Assembly: GCA_003693705.1 (NCBI GenBank)
Contig: RBZT01000125.1
Span: 372,001-436,000, forward strand
Origin: Polymyxa betae A26-41
Lineage: Eukaryota > Protista > Endomyxa: Phytomyxea
Length of the DNA stretch: 64,000 nucleotides
Reading direction: 5' to 3'
This document shows, piece by piece, positions 61,635-64,000 of this stretch. Both the position numbers and the translations under genes were made by a program. Below the pieces are notes generated by a model. The model was not told where the DNA came from. It did not search any database and saw nothing but the letters and a program-made list of their open reading frames with translations. Positions within the stretch are counted from its first letter, which is position 1. The number at the start of each line of letters is the position of its first letter.

Positions 61635-64000
61635 ATGTCCAATGTGTTCCGGCTCGGTCGTCTGGATCAGATCACCGTTGAGACCGGGCCTCTGCCAGCA
61701 CATGACCCGCTCTATAGACTCTGTGACAGCAGCTCCACCCATATTACACTTGATGTCATTCTCTCATCAGGATGGCAACCGCCCGGCCCTTTTCTCTCAT
61801 ACCCAGTTCGAACCGTCGACAGCTTCACAATCTGGTCGTTCTTTATCAACGACGACGCCCAAACACGCCGGCGTTTCCCTAATCATGACGACCCGACCCG
61901 CGTATCAGCTATCCAAGCTCTAAATGGCGCCCTGCAATTCAGTTATCATCGGCGAGTTGCCGAGATGCAGGTCCCATTAGTCCCTATTGATTTCTTTATA
62001 ATTGATGATGAACCTGGGACTCTATACGCTTATGCTGATACAAACCCCATGGAGTCACCCCCCGACCCCATCTCCTATCTTGGCGATCTCGACTTCTCTC
62101 TTAAAGGCAATTGTGCCGATCTCCTTCGTCAAAGCAACGCCCTTCTCCTACAGGCGTCGCTGACCTCCGCTCCGGCCCCTTCGTCCAACGTATCAACGCC
62201 GCGCGCTTCCCCGTCGCTTTCGATGGCGGCTCTGGTCTCCGCCGTCTCCCCTGCCATCCGTGAAACTGGGCCTCGAACATACTCGTCGTCTGGTATCAGG
62301 CGGACGCGGACTGCCGGCAGCAGTCCTGCCTCCCAGCTGCCACAGCAGCCGAATGTACGCGCCTGCGTTTGTAAGCCGACCTCGGGTATCAGCAGGTTCG
62401 CGGTCGATCGTCACCCACTGGCCGACGCCGTCACTCTTCCGGATGTCGTCTCGATTCGATTCGGGGCGAAGATGGCGCGCCTCCTTCCCCGCCGCATTCG
62501 CTATGGCCCATCAGCGACACCGGCTCCGATCGCCGTTGCCGGCGCCAATGACGTCATGGATGTCGACATGACTGCGACAGGGATCGAGGCTGGTCAGAAC
62601 GACGACGACGACCGCGACTGTTACGTGACGGATACGTCCAGTGATAGTGACGTGCAGAGCTCGGCGTCCGTCTTGTTGACCGCCGCCAAGACATCGCGTG
62701 CCCATCGTGCAGCTCCAGATCTCGATCCGCTTGATGCTCCGACTTTGCTGCTTCTGCAGCAGCACGTCCACGACCCGTTCTTCGGGGCCATATTGGCCCG
62801 GAGCTGGCGCCAGGCGGGTACCGCGGCGTCTGAGACGATCGGGTTTCCAACATTTCTGTCGCAGAGCTGTGGCGAGGCAATTCGTGTCAGACAGCTGCTG
62901 TTGGCGTCGAGTTTGTTGCCGAACTGGAGGGCAGTCACGAATCCGCTCCCGGTTCAGCAAACTCGACCCGACCAGACGACCAATCTAAAGGATTCGGGGT
63001 CGTCGGCCATCGACCAGATTGTCGTCAACGACTGCGACCTGCTGTTAGGGTTCGATGGTGACATCCGAACAATGTCGGCGGCCGCCGTCGAATTCTGGGA
63101 GGAATCGTGCCTGGAGCCGTTCAAATCCAAAGCCGATGTGTCGTACGTGGTCATACTACCTCACGAGACAAAGCCAACGGTTTCTTCCACCCTCATTGAG
63201 CCGTTTATCGAGGCTGTAAGCTCCATGTATGAGGTCATCCGATACTGCTGGTTTATTTGTTAACCCGCCTAACTGCTCTATAGACGAGCATGCTGGGCCA
63301 TCATACGCCCATCAAATGCTTCAGAGAGATTTTATCGCTGTCAACTCAGTTCCAGGAGACAATCGCTGCAGGAGCTAAAACTGATGACGACTTAACTGAA
63401 CGATATCACGAGTTCATTCTCGAAGCAATGAGTAACGCTCTAAAGAGATTCGCTGAAAATTTCCGAATAACATTGTTTGCAGGTTCTGCGGCGATGCGCT
63501 CGAAGCTGATTTCCACCGACACAAGCGTCGTCGTTATCTACATTGTCGTGGATGGGACGTTGCCCATCAATCTACGGCAGTTCGCGCTGCTCGTGAATCG
63601 GTTACGTTTGGTTCTGGGAGCTCCCAGCTGGAACTCGACGTCAAGACGGAAGAACGTGGTAGCTCAGATCGTCCCTCTCAGTCTAGTTCATGGAGTTCAC
63701 ATCTCCAATGAAATATCACCAATCACGACTCTCCGCCAGCTTGTGTTCTCGGTTTTCTCGCGGAACCACTTCGTACCAGCGATCCCCATCGATTTCGAGC
63801 TGAATATGAAACTTGATGCCGGCCTGGGATTGACGGCATTCGAACCGGCATACGTCGTCCACAATGAATGTGCGGTCCCGAATCCATCCCAAACTATGCA
63901 GCGATCACGTCTCTCTGTTCACATCACTTATCTCTCTATACGAGTTAGTGAACATCAGGAATGGATTGTTGGCTGTGCGACAGATATGAGAGGCGAACGT
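61635..64000 (+). CDS. MED13: Mediator kinase-module subunit MED13-like, continues past the window end
   Basis: N-terminal SNVFRLG.L..I; LLLGFDGD..SAAAVEFWE..LEPF..DVSYVV; VSSMYE..LGHHTP; QIVPL..L..FSVF; EPAYVV; HITY..WIVG.TD.RGE. Confidence 0.82.

Noticed and set aside
61635-64000. Argonaute/PIWI-related fold as a novel silencing system
   Set aside because: The MID-PIWI-like module is an established feature of MED13
1-64000. Stop-codon reassignment as a cause of ORF fragmentation
   Set aside because: The breaks examined coincide with short GT/GC-AG introns, and TAA, TAG and TGA all end conserved genes

Overview
Eukaryotic nuclear DNA, very gene-dense, with many short (~45-60 bp) spliceosomal introns that fragment the ORF track. 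About 29 protein-coding genes can be reconstructed. Flagellar genes (NPHP4, EFHB), short introns and a TTTTAGGG-type motif suggest a flagellated protist, possibly a plasmodiophorid/phytomyxid (inference only). Most genes are housekeeping: ADCK kinase, UTP25, KDSR, R2R3-MYB, BRO1/ALIX, GINS Sld5, RPN7, RPS11, NIPA, FKBP12, TMEM208, a SHIP-like 5-phosphatase, VAP, F-BAR, STT3, GlnRS, a DDB1/MMS1-like protein and MED13. Three things stand out. (1) 25758-28800(-) encodes a ~996-aa fusion of a PrimPol-type primase, a Zn finger and a UL9/origin-binding-like SF2 helicase. The key catalytic residues of both enzymes are substituted, while the ORF, fold motifs and Zn ligands are intact, and the gene has one intron, so it looks like a domesticated double pseudoenzyme. 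(2) A 218-aa NPAT-like miniprotein (LisH plus a C-terminal DxxxFLxxLH) lies ~3 kb from a GON4L/YARP-like gene carrying the cognate SANT domain, a possible minimal histone-locus-body module. (3) A bacterial GlnA4/PuuA-type gamma-glutamyl-amine ligase has gained introns and a mitochondrial-like presequence. Gene models were built by eye, so boundaries may be off by a few codons. All family assignments rest on recalled motifs, with no database searches.
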